From: Octopus bimaculoides
Lineage: Eukaryota
Reading direction: 5' to 3'
Assembly (NCBI RefSeq): GCF_001194135.2
Contig: NC_068986.1
Span: 89,026,781 to 89,078,198 of the forward strand
DNA: 51,418 bases
The notes below the pieces were generated by a model, which was not told where the DNA came from, made no database searches, and saw only the letters and a list, made by a program, of their open reading frames with translations. Positions 36,454 through 48,940 of the stretch are shown piece after piece. Position 1 is the first letter of the stretch. Each line of letters opens with the position of its first letter. A program made the position numbers and the translations under genes.

Positions 36454-37860
36454 CCATCATCATCATCGTCAACATCATTGCCACCATCAGCATTATCATG
36501 ACTATCATCGCTGTCATCAATTTCATCAGCATGATCATCACAAGCAACACTACAAACACCAATACAACGTCATCATCATCACCACAACCACTACCACCAC
36601 CACCACCACCACCACCACCACCACCACCACCACCACCATCATCATCACCGTCATCATCATCAATCTCACTACTTCCCCCACCACCATCAGTACCATCATC
36701 TTTCTCACCACCATCGTCACCATCATTGTCACCATTATCACCACCAACTCCAACAGCACTTCGATCTTCATCATACAATCACCACCGTCAACCCGATCAC
36801 TATAAATTTCACCTACACCATCGCCACTACGTATTTCAATAAACTGTTCACTCAATTGCAAGGCAGACAATGACACTAACCCACACCTCACGGCCACACA
36901 ATCCACCACCCTACGCCACCATCTACCACCAACTACGCCATTAACCCTCACCGACCTATACTAACACCTCCACCACCAAATTCTACCCAAACCACTATCA
37001 TCCCCACCACAACAAACACAATCATCACTGTCACAATCATCCACTGGTGATGATGATGATAGTGGTGGTGGTGGTGGTGGTGGTTGTGGTGGTGGTGGTG
37101 GTGGTGGTGGTGAGAATATATCTTGACCTATACCACCACTACCACCACCACCACCACCACCACCACCACCAGTACCAATTCCAGTGCTATCAACAAAACC
37201 ATTACCATAACAACTTCTACAACCATCACCCTTATATCCATCGCCACTACCACTGCCAGTACAAGTACCATCTCTACCAACAACCATCATGTGGTGGCAG
37301 TGTTTGTTGTACTACCACCACCAACACCACAACGACTGCTACCATCGTCACTTTCACTACCACCAGAAACATTACTACTTCCTCTGCCACTACTACCATT
37401 ACCAATAATACCACTAGCAGATTTATACCATCACAACGACTACAGCCATTACAACTATTGCTGCTTCCACAATCACCTGTACTATCACCACTACCCCCGC
37501 TACCTCCATTACTACCGATACTACATTTCTACTATCAATACCATCGCCATAACTACTACAACCACCTCCTCTTTCACTCCCACCAGTATCACCACCAAGA
37601 CTTCTAACACCATCACCACCACCACCACCACCACCACCACCAGTACCATTTTAGTACTCCGACATTATCACCAAAATTCTACTACAACCATCGCCGCACC
37701 CACACTCACCACTACCACCACAATCACCTCCCTTCCACCACTACTTGTACCAGAACTATTCAGATTCCACAACCAACCACACAACCACCACCACCACTAG
37801 AACTGACGCCAACACCACTGCAACTACCACCGCCTCCGCTACGACACCTCTACAACTCCA
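35380..37860. repeat. ~2.5 kb cryptic C-rich trinucleotide low-complexity region (ACC/ACT/ATC)
   Basis: Degenerate (ACC)/(CAT)/(ACT) runs that produce Thr/Pro/His-rich pseudo-ORFs in several frames. Confidence 0.85.
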
Positions 37861-38086
37861 AGCACAAGTGCCTTCACAAATGCAATGACTTGTCTGTTTG
37901 TCGAAGGAGGCCATGTTTGTCTTTCATGGAATATACGCCACATTCCCCACTGATCACCGATCACTAGCCAGTGGTCAGTCACTGATCGTGTAACAACTTC
38001 TCACCACAATTGGTCAAGATCTGTGTGGAGAGTAAGTAATTCGATCGGTCAGCGAAGAGAGAAATAGTGAAGAAATACAGAAAACG

Positions 38087-38119
<33 letters not shown>

Positions 38120-38952
38120 GGTAGAGACAATGACTGAAACAGAGGGAGAGAGAGAGAGAGAGAGGGAGAGAGGGAGAGAGATTAGGGGAAGGGAAGGAAA
38201 GGAAGAAACATTGAATGACCAAGACGACAGAGTGGTGTGGACACTGTTGCTGACCGTGTGTGGTTTGAATCTGCTGGACATCACTGGACGAATTAATGAA
38301 AATCTATTTGGTTACTGTTGAAATTGGATATTTGAGAGGTATTGGAGACGTGAGGGAGAAGACAGTGGTGGTGGTGGTGGTGGTGGTGGTGGTGGTGGTG
38401 GCGAATGTGATGGAGGTGGTATTGGAGTATATGGTTCGTGGGTGGATGAATTAGTCAAAGTAAGAGGTGTATAAGTATGGTGGAGAACATGAATGTGTGT
38501 GGCTTCAAATACATTTATCTAATGTATGCGTGTGTATGTGCGTGTGCACGTGTATGTATGCGTGTGTGCAAGCGTGTATGCAAATATATCAGTGTCTCTC
38601 CCACTCTCACTCTCTCCCCCTCTCTCTCTTTGTCCTTGTGTGTGCGTTAGTAACTATGCATGTGTGTTTATTGGTGTTTGTATGTGTGTACCATAATATC
38701 TATCTTCCAACACTGGTGTCATTGTTAGAAAACCGTTGTATATCAAATGATCGATTCTATTACAAGTGTATGTGTTAGCTTATGGATGAGTATGCTTCTA
38801 TGTATGTGCGTATATACTTATAACTGTGTGTATTTGTGATTGAGTGTATATGAGTGTGTTTCTGTGTGTGTAAGAATTTATTGCAAACATGTGTATGTGC
38901 AAACCTTGTATGTGTGTTTGTTTTATTGCATGTACACACACACACAGACTCG

Positions 38953-39013
<61 letters not shown>

Positions 39014-39056
39014 NNNNNNNNNNNNNNNNNNNNNNNNNNNNNNNNNNNNNNNNNNN

Positions 39057-39148
<92 letters not shown>

Positions 39149-39153
39149 GGATG

Positions 39154-39188
<35 letters not shown>

Positions 39189-39443
39189 GCACGTGTGTGT
39201 TTTATATTTAAAGGCTTGCGCATGTGTGTTTGAATGTGTGTACGCGTGTGTGTGTATTTAACCTTGATTACGTGTTTCATTCTCTAATAGTATATACAAA
39301 CACACGAACGCATCATCACACACATCTGGACAGTCATTCAGACATGCACACATACGTAGGTTTGCAAGCATATATATACACACATATACATACACAGACA
39401 CATATATACACATACATACCTATACACACATACATATACACAA

Positions 39444-39476
<33 letters not shown>

Positions 39477-41399
39477 CACACATACATATATATATATAAA
39501 TACATATTTACACATGTATGCCTACACATATTCTCACCAATGACTAATCAAACAATTTCAACGGGAAACTTCTGCTCTTTCAATAGATTTGCAGATTCAG
39601 AATTACAGTAGTGGTGGTGGGGGTTATGGTGAGGGGGATGTTATGATGGTGGTGGTGGTGGTGGTGGTGGTGGTGGTGGTGGTGATAGTTTGATGGTGGT
39701 AATGGTGCTAGTACTGGTGATGGTGGTAACGGTGGCAGTGGCTTTGTGAGTGGTTAAAGTGTGTAAAGTGATGGTAGTGTTAGTCGTTATGGTTTGCCAA
39801 AAGGTCTGTCTTCAGCGAGCAGACTTGGGATCAAACGTATTCCAGCCGTGATCATCCCGTCTTGTTTTTTCTTCTTTTCTTTCTTTTTTTTTTGTATGTA
39901 CAAAATCGAAAAGAAAAAAAAACGCCAAAGCGCATTAAGCAACGTCTTCCTTTCGAAAACGATGGTATGTGATTTGATTAGAGATTTCGCTGGCATTTCT
40001 AGCTGGACAGACGACCATATAAAAGCTCCATCACCGTCATGTGGTACGGACAGTTTTAGTAAAGTATATTCTAGCTTCTAACAAGCATTGTTATTGAAGT
40101 ATACAGTTCTATGTGATTGTATGTAGTTATATGACTAACATGGTATTACTGTGTATGTGCAGTAGTGTGTATGGCATGTAATAGTAGTAATGTGTGTAAT
40201 GGCAGTGTGTTTAGAAGTGTATGGCAATATGTACTGGTAGCATATATCATAGTGACAAACAGTATATAAAATTGGTGCGTGTACTAAAGTGGTGTGTAGT
40301 TATCCTGTGTGTATACTTTGACGAAAATACATATATACATACATGCATATATATATGTATATATATATANNNNNNNNNNNNNNNNNNNNNNNNNNNNNNN
40401 NNNNNNNNNNNNNNNNNNNNNNNNNNNNNNNNNNNNNNNNNNNNNNNNNNNNNNNNNNNNNNNNNNNNNNNNNNNNNNNNNNNNNNNNNNNNNNNNNNNN
40501 NNNNNNNNNNNNNNNNNNNNNNNNNNNNNNNNNNNNNNNNNNNNNNNNNNNNNNNNNNNNNNNNNNNNNNNNNNNNNNNNNNNNNNNNNNNNNNNNNNNN
40601 NNNNNNNNNNNNNNNNNNNNNNNNNNNNNNNNNNNNNNNNNNNNNNNNNNNNNNNNNNNNNNNNNNNNNNNNNNNNNNNNNNNNNNNNNNNNNNNNNNNN
40701 NNNNNNNNNNNNNNNNNNNNNNNNNNNNNNNNNNNNNNNNNNNNNNNNNNNNNNNNNNNNNNNNNNNNNNNNNNTATATATATATGGATAATAAAATAAA
40801 TGGAGCAAAACGCATGTCAATAAAAGTTCCTTTAATTCCTACACATGTTTCAAAATAAATGAGAGCTCTTTCACAAAGAAGAAAGAGCTGTTGGGGTTCC
40901 TCATATATTTCTCTTCAGGAAGTTCATAATAAAACATGTAATAGCAAGACAAAAACGAAATGCTGAGGTAACTTACGAGCAGAGATGTTACATGGTCAGT
41001 GACCGTTAGAAGGTTTGTTTACATAGAGATATAAAGGGGTCAATGATATTATTCCATGGGCTTTAGAAATAAGAACGCTTGTTTACATAGAGATATAAAG
41101 GGAGGGGGTTGTAAGCGTGATGCTAAAGGTTAAACTCAGAGAGTTATTTAAATAGGGGGAGACAAATATGTTGTAGCTCTGTTAAATTATAAGGAGTTAA
41201 TTGATGAGTCAAAAAAGGAGGAAGGGAGGGAACTAAGGTAGTACATCATATAAGGGAACCTAATAACATATTTATATGTAGCGAAGAAAGTGAATAAAAA
41301 TGAAAATAAATAAATGAAACATCGTAGTCTACTGAAGGTTTGCATATGTGTGTGCGTGCGCGTATATACATGTGTACAAATAAGTGCGTGCACGTGTAT

Positions 41400-41503
<104 letters not shown>

Positions 41504-42039
41504 TTGACTATGCTGCTGTTTAACAGACTAGTGAATCAAACAAGATTTTAAATCTAATTGGTGGGATAGTAGTAATTTTAAATTTAGAGGAAGATAGATT
41601 AAGTAGTGATGGACAGCAGGTTAGGGGTAAATCAAGTATGAGGGGAAAAAATGGAAGGACGATACCCTAAGGAGTGGTAAGAATTTGGAAAAAATTTAAG
41701 GTAAGGGAATTAAGGTCAAGGTATTAAAGAAATATATCTATTCTACAGTATAATTAGAATAATACAATACATGTGACATTAATAAAAAATCTGTAAANNN
41801 NNNNNNNNNNNNNNNNNNNNNNNNNNNNNNNNNNNNNNNNNNNNNNNNNNNNNNNNNNNNNNNNNNNNNNNNNNNNNNNNNNNNNNNNNNNNNNNNNNNN
41901 NNNNNNNNNNNNNNNNNNNNNNNNNNNNNNNNNNNNNNNNNNNNNNNNNNNNNNNNNNNNNNNNNNNNNNNNNNNNNNNNNNNNNNNNNNNNNNNNNNNN
42001 NNNNNNNNNNNNATATATATATATATATACGTATATATA

Positions 42040-42965
42040 GCAGGACCATCATTGCTGCACCTGCTTGTGAGACCCAACGTTTGAGCAATTTCCTCGACAT
42101 CTTACTCAAACCATTTCTAAAGTATGTGAAAAGCTTCATCAAGGATGACTTAGACATGCTTCACCATTTCCCGAAGACAACATATGAAGAAATTTTGTTA
42201 GTATCATTCGATGTGCTGAATTTGTACACCAATATCCCACACAATTATGGCATAGAAGCGATCATCTTCTGGCTAGAAAAATACCCAGAAGAGATCTCAA
42301 GACGCATCAAACAACAGATTCATAATCGCAGTACTCAAATTCATCCTACTAAACAACTATTTCATGTTCGATACAGTTTACTATCGACAGATTGTGGAAT
42401 TGCAATGGGAACCTGAGCTGCTCTAGTGATTGCGAACCTTGTAATGGGTTACCTAGAGCTTAAAATATATCAATCATCACTAGAAAAATATGGCACTTCA
42501 TTCCATTGCTATTTAAAGGAGAACTGGAAGAGGTATTTGGACGACTGCTTTATACTTTGGAAAGACAGCATAGACAAACACCTCGATTTCAAAATAATGC
42601 TCAACCATATCAATAGCAACATACAATTCTCCATGGAACACAGCAATAAACAACTCCCTTTTTTTTACATCCTAATTAAAATAGTCAATAACCACATCGA
42701 AACAGACTTCTCTAAACCTACAGATTCTAAACAATAGCTATTATTCAACTCATGCCACCCCAAACACATAAAAATTAAAATACCTTATCATCTAGCGAAA
42801 ATAATCTGTACCATAGTTTCGGACACCTATACTCGTGAACGAAGACTTCTTGAACACAGATCAATAGGAGATATAACAATGAACAAAATTTTAGGCTCAC
42901 ACAAAATTATCAAAAGCAAAATGCAACTTAAATCATTGAAAAAAATATTAACCAGCGCAAGACTG
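42040..42965 (+). pseudogene. Penelope-like element reverse transcriptase remnant (frameshifts/stops)
   Basis: RTIIAAPACETQRLSNFLDILLKP; LVSFDVLNLYTNIP; GIAMGT; WKRYLDDCFILW; KPTDSKQ*LLFNSCHPKHIK. These are diagnostic PLE RT motifs. Confidence 0.92.
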
Positions 42966-43572
42966 GATGGGATACACTTGTATCACATCTTAATAATACT
43001 AAATTTTAACCCTAAAACGTTTCTTCAAATTTTTTTCTCATGTTTCATTTTGTCTTCTTTTAGGTACTCGCGTTCATTATTTCGTATTACTTCGTGTGTA
43101 GTTCGTATTTCTTCTGCTGCCTATTGTTATTTTGCATTTCGGACTCCTTCAATTCACACGGAAAATCGTGTTATTATTTTAATAATGCTCATCAGCTTTC
43201 TGCTGTTTAGTATTTATTAGTTACTCTCTTATTGAAAATTTCGCTATCTTTGTGACTTGCAATTTATTCGTTGTATATTTGATAAGACATTATTCACTTT
43301 CTTACCTTAACCCATTCACTCATTCTCCCTCATTACTCTCACGGGAAACTCATTTCATTATTTCATCACTTCCGTTCTATCTATATATATAGTTTCGTAT
43401 TTCATTTTTCTCTCAATCAAAATTTTCCTCCACTTCGCTCCCCCCCACACACACACACATTTTCCTTCATATCATACATGAAATTCCTCCTCCCGCGCAC
43501 TCTCTCTCTATCTCTTTCCCTCTCACTCTTTCTCTATCTTTCTCTCTCTCTCTCTCTCTCACTCTCTTTCTG

Positions 43573-43632
<60 letters not shown>

Positions 43633-43998
43633 GTTATCTCTATCATTATCTCTGCCATTTGCTCACCGACTATGTCTTCCTAACTTTCAATTCATCATCT
43701 CTGCTTCATACGTTTACCTTACTCCATTCCCCACTTGCTCGTTCTCTATTCCTTTTTCACAATTTCTTCAATTCCTTAGTCTCTATATTTTACTGTCTGC
43801 TCGTATGACTACACTACCACATTTTCACTAATGACAGCCAATTATATATCTTTCCGTTCCACTCTTTATGTATCTAGTCTACCTTTCTTTATCAATGGGT
43901 TGTAGGCACACAGCAATTCGTGATGCAACCATAATACACAAAGTATATTAAACGATTTTATATGTCAATACCGTCAGCAGTGCACTTAAATCTTGCTT

Positions 43999-44589
43999 AG
44001 ATCATCTCTACAGATTTTTTATAGAAATTATAGCCAACATTGATTTTGATATAACCTTTTGTATCCGAGTCACATATAAACAAACAATGAGATCGAAGAT
44101 GAAAAAATGGGTAATGGGCGTATATGCCATATTTTGGGAGGCTTTGCCCCTTCATCAGTACCCAACTACTCCATTAATGATCCAGGAACTCATTGCTTAA
44201 ATAGCTACTACATATAGCTGTGTAACGTAATTAGATATACCAGTGCTAACGCAGAATTACACGGTATTGACTTATAAAAATGTTTAATATAACTTGTAGC
44301 ACATTATGTTTGCATAACGGAATCCCATTTGCCTAAAAGCCATTATTTATGTACCAGCTTCCAGTAATGTGTCTGATATGTAAATTGCACTATTTAAGCA
44401 ATGAGTTCGTGGATGATTAATAAGTTTTATGGGTGCCGATGAAGGAACAAAACCTCCCGAAATATGGCATGAACGCCCATTATCCATTTTTTAATCTTGG
44501 TTCTTTACATCTGATGTCTCAGATACCAAAACGTCGTGACAAAATCAGTGCTGGTTATAATTTCTATAGAAAATCTGTAGAGATGGTCT
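43999..44589. mobile_element. ~590 bp fold-back element with ~205 bp inverted arms
   Basis: Arms 43999-44204 and 44390-44589 (gatcatctctacagatttt.tatagaaattata...aaaaaatgg.taatgggcgt..atgccatattt.gggagg...gaactcattgcttaaatag); no clear TSD. Confidence 0.85.
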
Positions 44590-44791
44590 CAACTCCTATT
44601 TTTATTATACTTTCCTTCTCACTTCCACCAAACTCGGCACACTCCCTACTTTCTCTTTGCCGAATTACTAAAAGCAAAAACATATTCAAGATGGAGACGC
44701 TAACTATAGTGATCTCAGGATATTTGTGGCGGACACGTTAAGGAAGTGCATTCGTGTCGCAATAGCTGCTCTAACCGATGCTTAGTAGTAA

Positions 44792-44836
<45 letters not shown>

Positions 44837-45010
44837 CAGCAGCAGCAGCAGCAGCAGTAATGAGGTGGAGACGATGGTAGTAATATAATAGTAGCTGTAA
44901 TAGAAGTGTTTGGGAAGTGGTAGTAGTAGTAGTAGCAGCAGCAGTAGAAGTGACCTTTAATGAAGGTGTACATCATGTGCTGGAATATATGTGGTACATG
45001 TGGTAGTGTG

Positions 45011-45390
45011 GAGACGCAATGGTCCAGTAGGTTAGGGCAGCGGACTCGCGGTCATAGGATCGCGGTTTCGATTTCCAAACCGGGCGTTGTGAGTGTTTAT
45101 TGAGCGAAAACACCTAAAGCTCCACGAGGCTCCGGCAGGGGATGGTGGCGAACCCTGCTGTACTCTTCCACCACAACTTTCTCTCACTCTTACTTCCTGT
45201 TTCTGTTGTGCCTGTAATTCAAAGGGTCAGCCTTGTAACATTCTGTGTCACGCTGAATCTCCCCGAGAACTAAATTAAGGGTATATGCGTCTGTGGAGTG
45301 CTCAGCCACTTGCACGTTAATTTCACGAGCAGGCTGTTCCGTTGATTGGATCAACTGGAACCCTCGACATCGTATGCGACGGAGTGCCAG
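45011..45390 (+). mobile_element. Near full-length tRNA(Arg-like)-derived SINE, family A
   Basis: Colinear with 11223-11604; head gagacgcaatggtccagtaggttagggcagcggactcgcggtcataggatcgcggtttcgatttcc. Confidence 0.9.
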
Positions 45391-45909
45391 CACACACATG
45401 TGCTAGTACTGGTAATGTGTTTGTTTATAGCGGTGGACAGTTGTACCAGAAGCGTCTTCAGTAATACACAAGGAAATCTCAGAGACAATTGGATCAGTTC
45501 AAGATACAAATTTCTTTATTCCTTTCCTCAAGATTATCCTTCTCCTCTATAACTTAATGTGGCCCCACCCTCAGTCATAACCAACAAAAGTATCTGTAAT
45601 ATGTTCAACCGAAATCAGACAAAAACCTCTACACATCATTACTGACTTTAGGTCTACAATGGACTGACAGAAATAGTGAGAAAACAAGGATGAAAAATAA
45701 AGGGAAAATGGAAAAAAAAATGTAAGAATGAAAGAAAGAAAGAAAGAAAGAAAGAAAAGAAAAAAAAGAAAAAAGGAAAAGGAAAGCAAAAATAGCAAGT
45801 AGAGGTACGTAATTGTCAATTATTTACTGAAGAAACGACCTGAAAGTCTTTCATTAAAACTGTTTGCTGTCAACAGCACATTGATTTACTTACTTATTAT
45901 CATCAACCT

Positions 45910-46042
45910 CGTCGTTTCGTCGTCATCGTTATCGACGTCGTCATAACCAGCCATTGTCATTATCATCACCATCATCATCATCATCATCGTCATCATCATC
46001 ATCATCATCATCATCATCACCATCATCACCATCATCATCATC

Positions 46043-46073
<31 letters not shown>

Positions 46074-46077
46074 CCAC

Positions 46078-46143
<66 letters not shown>

Positions 46144-46197
46144 CATCATGACGATGATGATGATGACGATGATGATGATGACGATGATGATGATGAC

Positions 46198-46229
<32 letters not shown>

Positions 46230-46252
46230 CGATGACGATGATGACGATGATG

Positions 46253-46284
<32 letters not shown>

Positions 46285-46403
46285 GATGATGACGATGATG
46301 ACGATGATGATGATGAGGATGATGATGGTGGTGGTAGTGGTGGTGTTGGTGGTGGAGGTGGTGGTGGTGGTGCTGGTGGTGGTGATGATGATGATTTTCA
46401 CGG

Positions 46404-46457
<54 letters not shown>

Positions 46458-46460
46458 TGT
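45910..46460. repeat. Inverted microsatellite: (CAT/CAC)n then (GAT/GAC)n, centre ~46148
   Basis: ...catcatcatg|acgatgatgatg...; outer gtcgtc (45910-45942) vs gacgac (46405-46457). Confidence 0.9.
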
Positions 46461-46599
46461 CATCCTTCTTCATACTCCTTTCCAACACATTTCAGGATAC
46501 GACACAAGACCACCACTTCGAAGACAAGCTCTAAATGGGTAAATAACCGCAACGTTAGTTTTCGCTGATAAATTTCACAGTGACTAAAGGCTGCAATTC

Positions 46600-46880
46600 C
46601 TTTCCCCAATTATTGGACGCGTTCGGTGTCAAGCTAGTGCACACCCTCTAGAATTTCTCATCTTTTTCAACCCTTCTGAGGGCCTATACTTTGATGACAG
46701 ACAATCTAATGTTAGCTCATAATACAATACAATTTCATGAGATGAGACATTGCCGTACAGAATTCGTGCCCATTGCAGCGCAGACTGCTCCTTTCGAACA
46801 TAGCATCGACACTAAAGTACTCTCACAATATATGAACTTAGAATATAGAACCAGAACATATACTGCATGACGTTAAGCCT
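46600..46880 (-). pseudogene. Possible CR1/L2-type RT C-terminal relic
   Basis: VLYSKFIYCESTL (cf. P.LEYC..VW) and KEQSALQWARILYGNVSSHEIVLYYELTLDCLSSKYRPSEGLKKM (cf. E.VQ..A.R.I.G......L..L.L..LS.RR). Confidence 0.35.
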
Positions 46881-46917
46881 GCGATACTAATAATACTGCC
46901 AATTTATTGCTCATATA

Positions 46918-47335
46918 GGAGTAGGAGTGGCTGTGTGGTGAGTAGCTTGCTTACCGACCACATGGTTCCGGGTTCATTCCCACTGCGTGGCATCTTGGGC
47001 AAGTGTCTTCTACTATAGTCTCAGGCCCGACCAAAGCCTTGTGAGTGGATTTGGTAGACGGAAACTGAAAGAAGCCTGTCGTATATATGTATATGTATAT
47101 ATATGTATGTGTGTGTGTGTTTGTGTGTCTGTGTTTGTCCCCCCAACATCGCTTGACAACCGATGCTGGTGTGTTTATGTCCCCGTAACATAGCGGTTCC
47201 GCAAAAGAGAACGATAGAATAAGTACTAGGCTTCCAAAGAATAAGTCATGGGGTCGATTTGCTCTACTAAAGGCGGTGCTCCAGGATGGTCACAGTCAAA
47301 AGACTGAAACAAGTAAAAGAGTAAAAGAGTAAAAG
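46918..47335 (+). mobile_element. Full-length SINE family C with an internal (TA)/(TG) microsatellite and (GTAAAAGA)n tail
   Basis: A-box-like TGGCTGTGTGG, B-box GGGTTCATTCCC, CORE-like tcttgggcaagtgtctt, tail aaacaagtaaaagagtaaaagagtaaaag. Confidence 0.9.
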
Positions 47336-47544
47336 TATACTAAAAGTTTCGAAATTTATCTCACGGCAAGATATTAGGTGAGAAGGGTTATAGTTGAGTA
47401 CTTTAAGCCTGTGATTTTACCGTTACATGAAGAGAAATGGTAAAAGCCAAACCTGATACGAATATCATTTCTCTTCCGTACGTAAATAACTAGAAGAAAT
47501 ATCGAAAGATATTTTCCCAGCATTCTGCCGATCTACCCCCTTAA

Positions 47545-47805
47545 TCATTCTTTCTGTTATAGATACAAGGCCTAAAATATTGAGGCAAGGGTTCCACCGA
47601 GGTCGAATTTGTCTTCCATTCTTTCGGGATCTGTAAAATAAATACCAGTTGATCACGACACTACGTTCTGAGTTCAAATTCATCCGAGGTTGACATTGCC
47701 TTTCACCTTTTAGGGGTCGATAAAATTAAGTACCAGTGAATAACCGGGATCGATGTAATCGACTAGTTCCCGAATTTCAAGCCTTGTGCCTTTAGTAAAA
47801 AGGAT
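47545..47805. mobile_element. Rearranged composite of family B SINE fragments
   Basis: Minus-strand tail (47545-47590), a short plus fragment (47595-47652), then a longer plus fragment (47660-47805) running into (TTC)n. Confidence 0.75.
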
Positions 47806-48902
47806 TCTTCTTCTTCTTCTTCTTCTTCTTCTTCTTCTTCTTCTTCTTCTTCTTCTTCTTCTTCTTCTCCTCCTCCTTCTCCTTCTCCTTCTTCTTCTCC
47901 TTCTTCTTCTTCTTCTTCTTCTTCTCCTTCTCCTTCTTCTTCTTTTTCTNNNNNNNNNNNNNNNNNNNNNNNNNNNNNNNNNNNNNNNNNNNNNNNNNNN
48001 NNNNNNNNNNNNNNNNNNNNNNNNNNNNNNNNNNNNNNNNNNNNNNNNNNNNNNNNNNNNNNNNNNNNNNNNNNNNNNNNNNNNNNNNNNNNNNNNNNNN
48101 NNNNNNNNNNNNNNNNNNNNNNNNNNNNNNNNNNNNNNNNNNNNNNNNNNNNNNNNNNNNNNNNNNNNNNNNNNNNNNNNNNNNNNNNNNNNNNNNNNNN
48201 NNNNNNNNNNNNNNNNNNNNNNNNNNNNNNNNNNNNNNNNNNNNNNNNNNNNNNNNNNNNNNNNNNNNNNNNNNNNNNNNNNNNNNNNNNNNNNNNNNNN
48301 NNNNNNNNNNNNNNNNNNNNNNNNNNNNNNNNNNNNNNNNNNNNNNNNNNNNNNNNNNNNNNNNNNNNNNNNNNNNNNNNNNNNNNNNNNNNNNNNNNNN
48401 NNNNNNNNNNNNNNNNNNNNNNNNNNNNNNNNNNNNNNNNNNNNNNNNNNNNNNNNNNNNNNNNNNNNNNNNNNNNNNNNNNNNNNNNNNNNNNNNNNNN
48501 NNNNNNNNNNNNNNNNNNNNNNNNNNNNNNNNNNNNNNNNNNNNNNNNNNNNNNNNNNNNNNNNNNNNNNNNNNNNNNNNNNNNNNNNNNNNNNNNNNNN
48601 NNNNNNNNNNNNNNNNNNNNNNNNNNNNNNNNNNNNNNNNNAGATACATACATACATACATACATACATACATACATACATACATACATAGATGGTGAGG
48701 TATTAAAAATAAGCCGATATACACTGTTCGATAAACAAATAGATGTGCAAGTATGTTTATTTATACATACATACACACACACTCACTCACAAACACACTC
48801 ATACACACATATGCATGTATTTATACACACAACGAGAGAAAGAGACAGACAAACAGATAGGTAGACAGGCAGGCAGGCAGAGAGGCAGACAGATAGACAA
48901 AC

Positions 48903-48940
<38 letters not shown>

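Noticed and set aside
36363-37800. Mucin-like Thr-rich and Pro-rich ORFs (36363..36842, 37123..37800)
   Set aside because: Cryptic trinucleotide low-complexity DNA open in several frames on both strands; no splice or domain support.
40919-40967. Candidate exon (ctcttcag...gtaact; KFIIKHVIARQKRNAE)
   Set aside because: Plausible splice sites but no homology or compatible neighbouring exon.
43120-43200. Hammerhead-like CUGAUGA...GAAA on the minus strand; also 24390 and 34711 (+)
   Set aside because: Stems II and III cannot form, or GAAA is missing.
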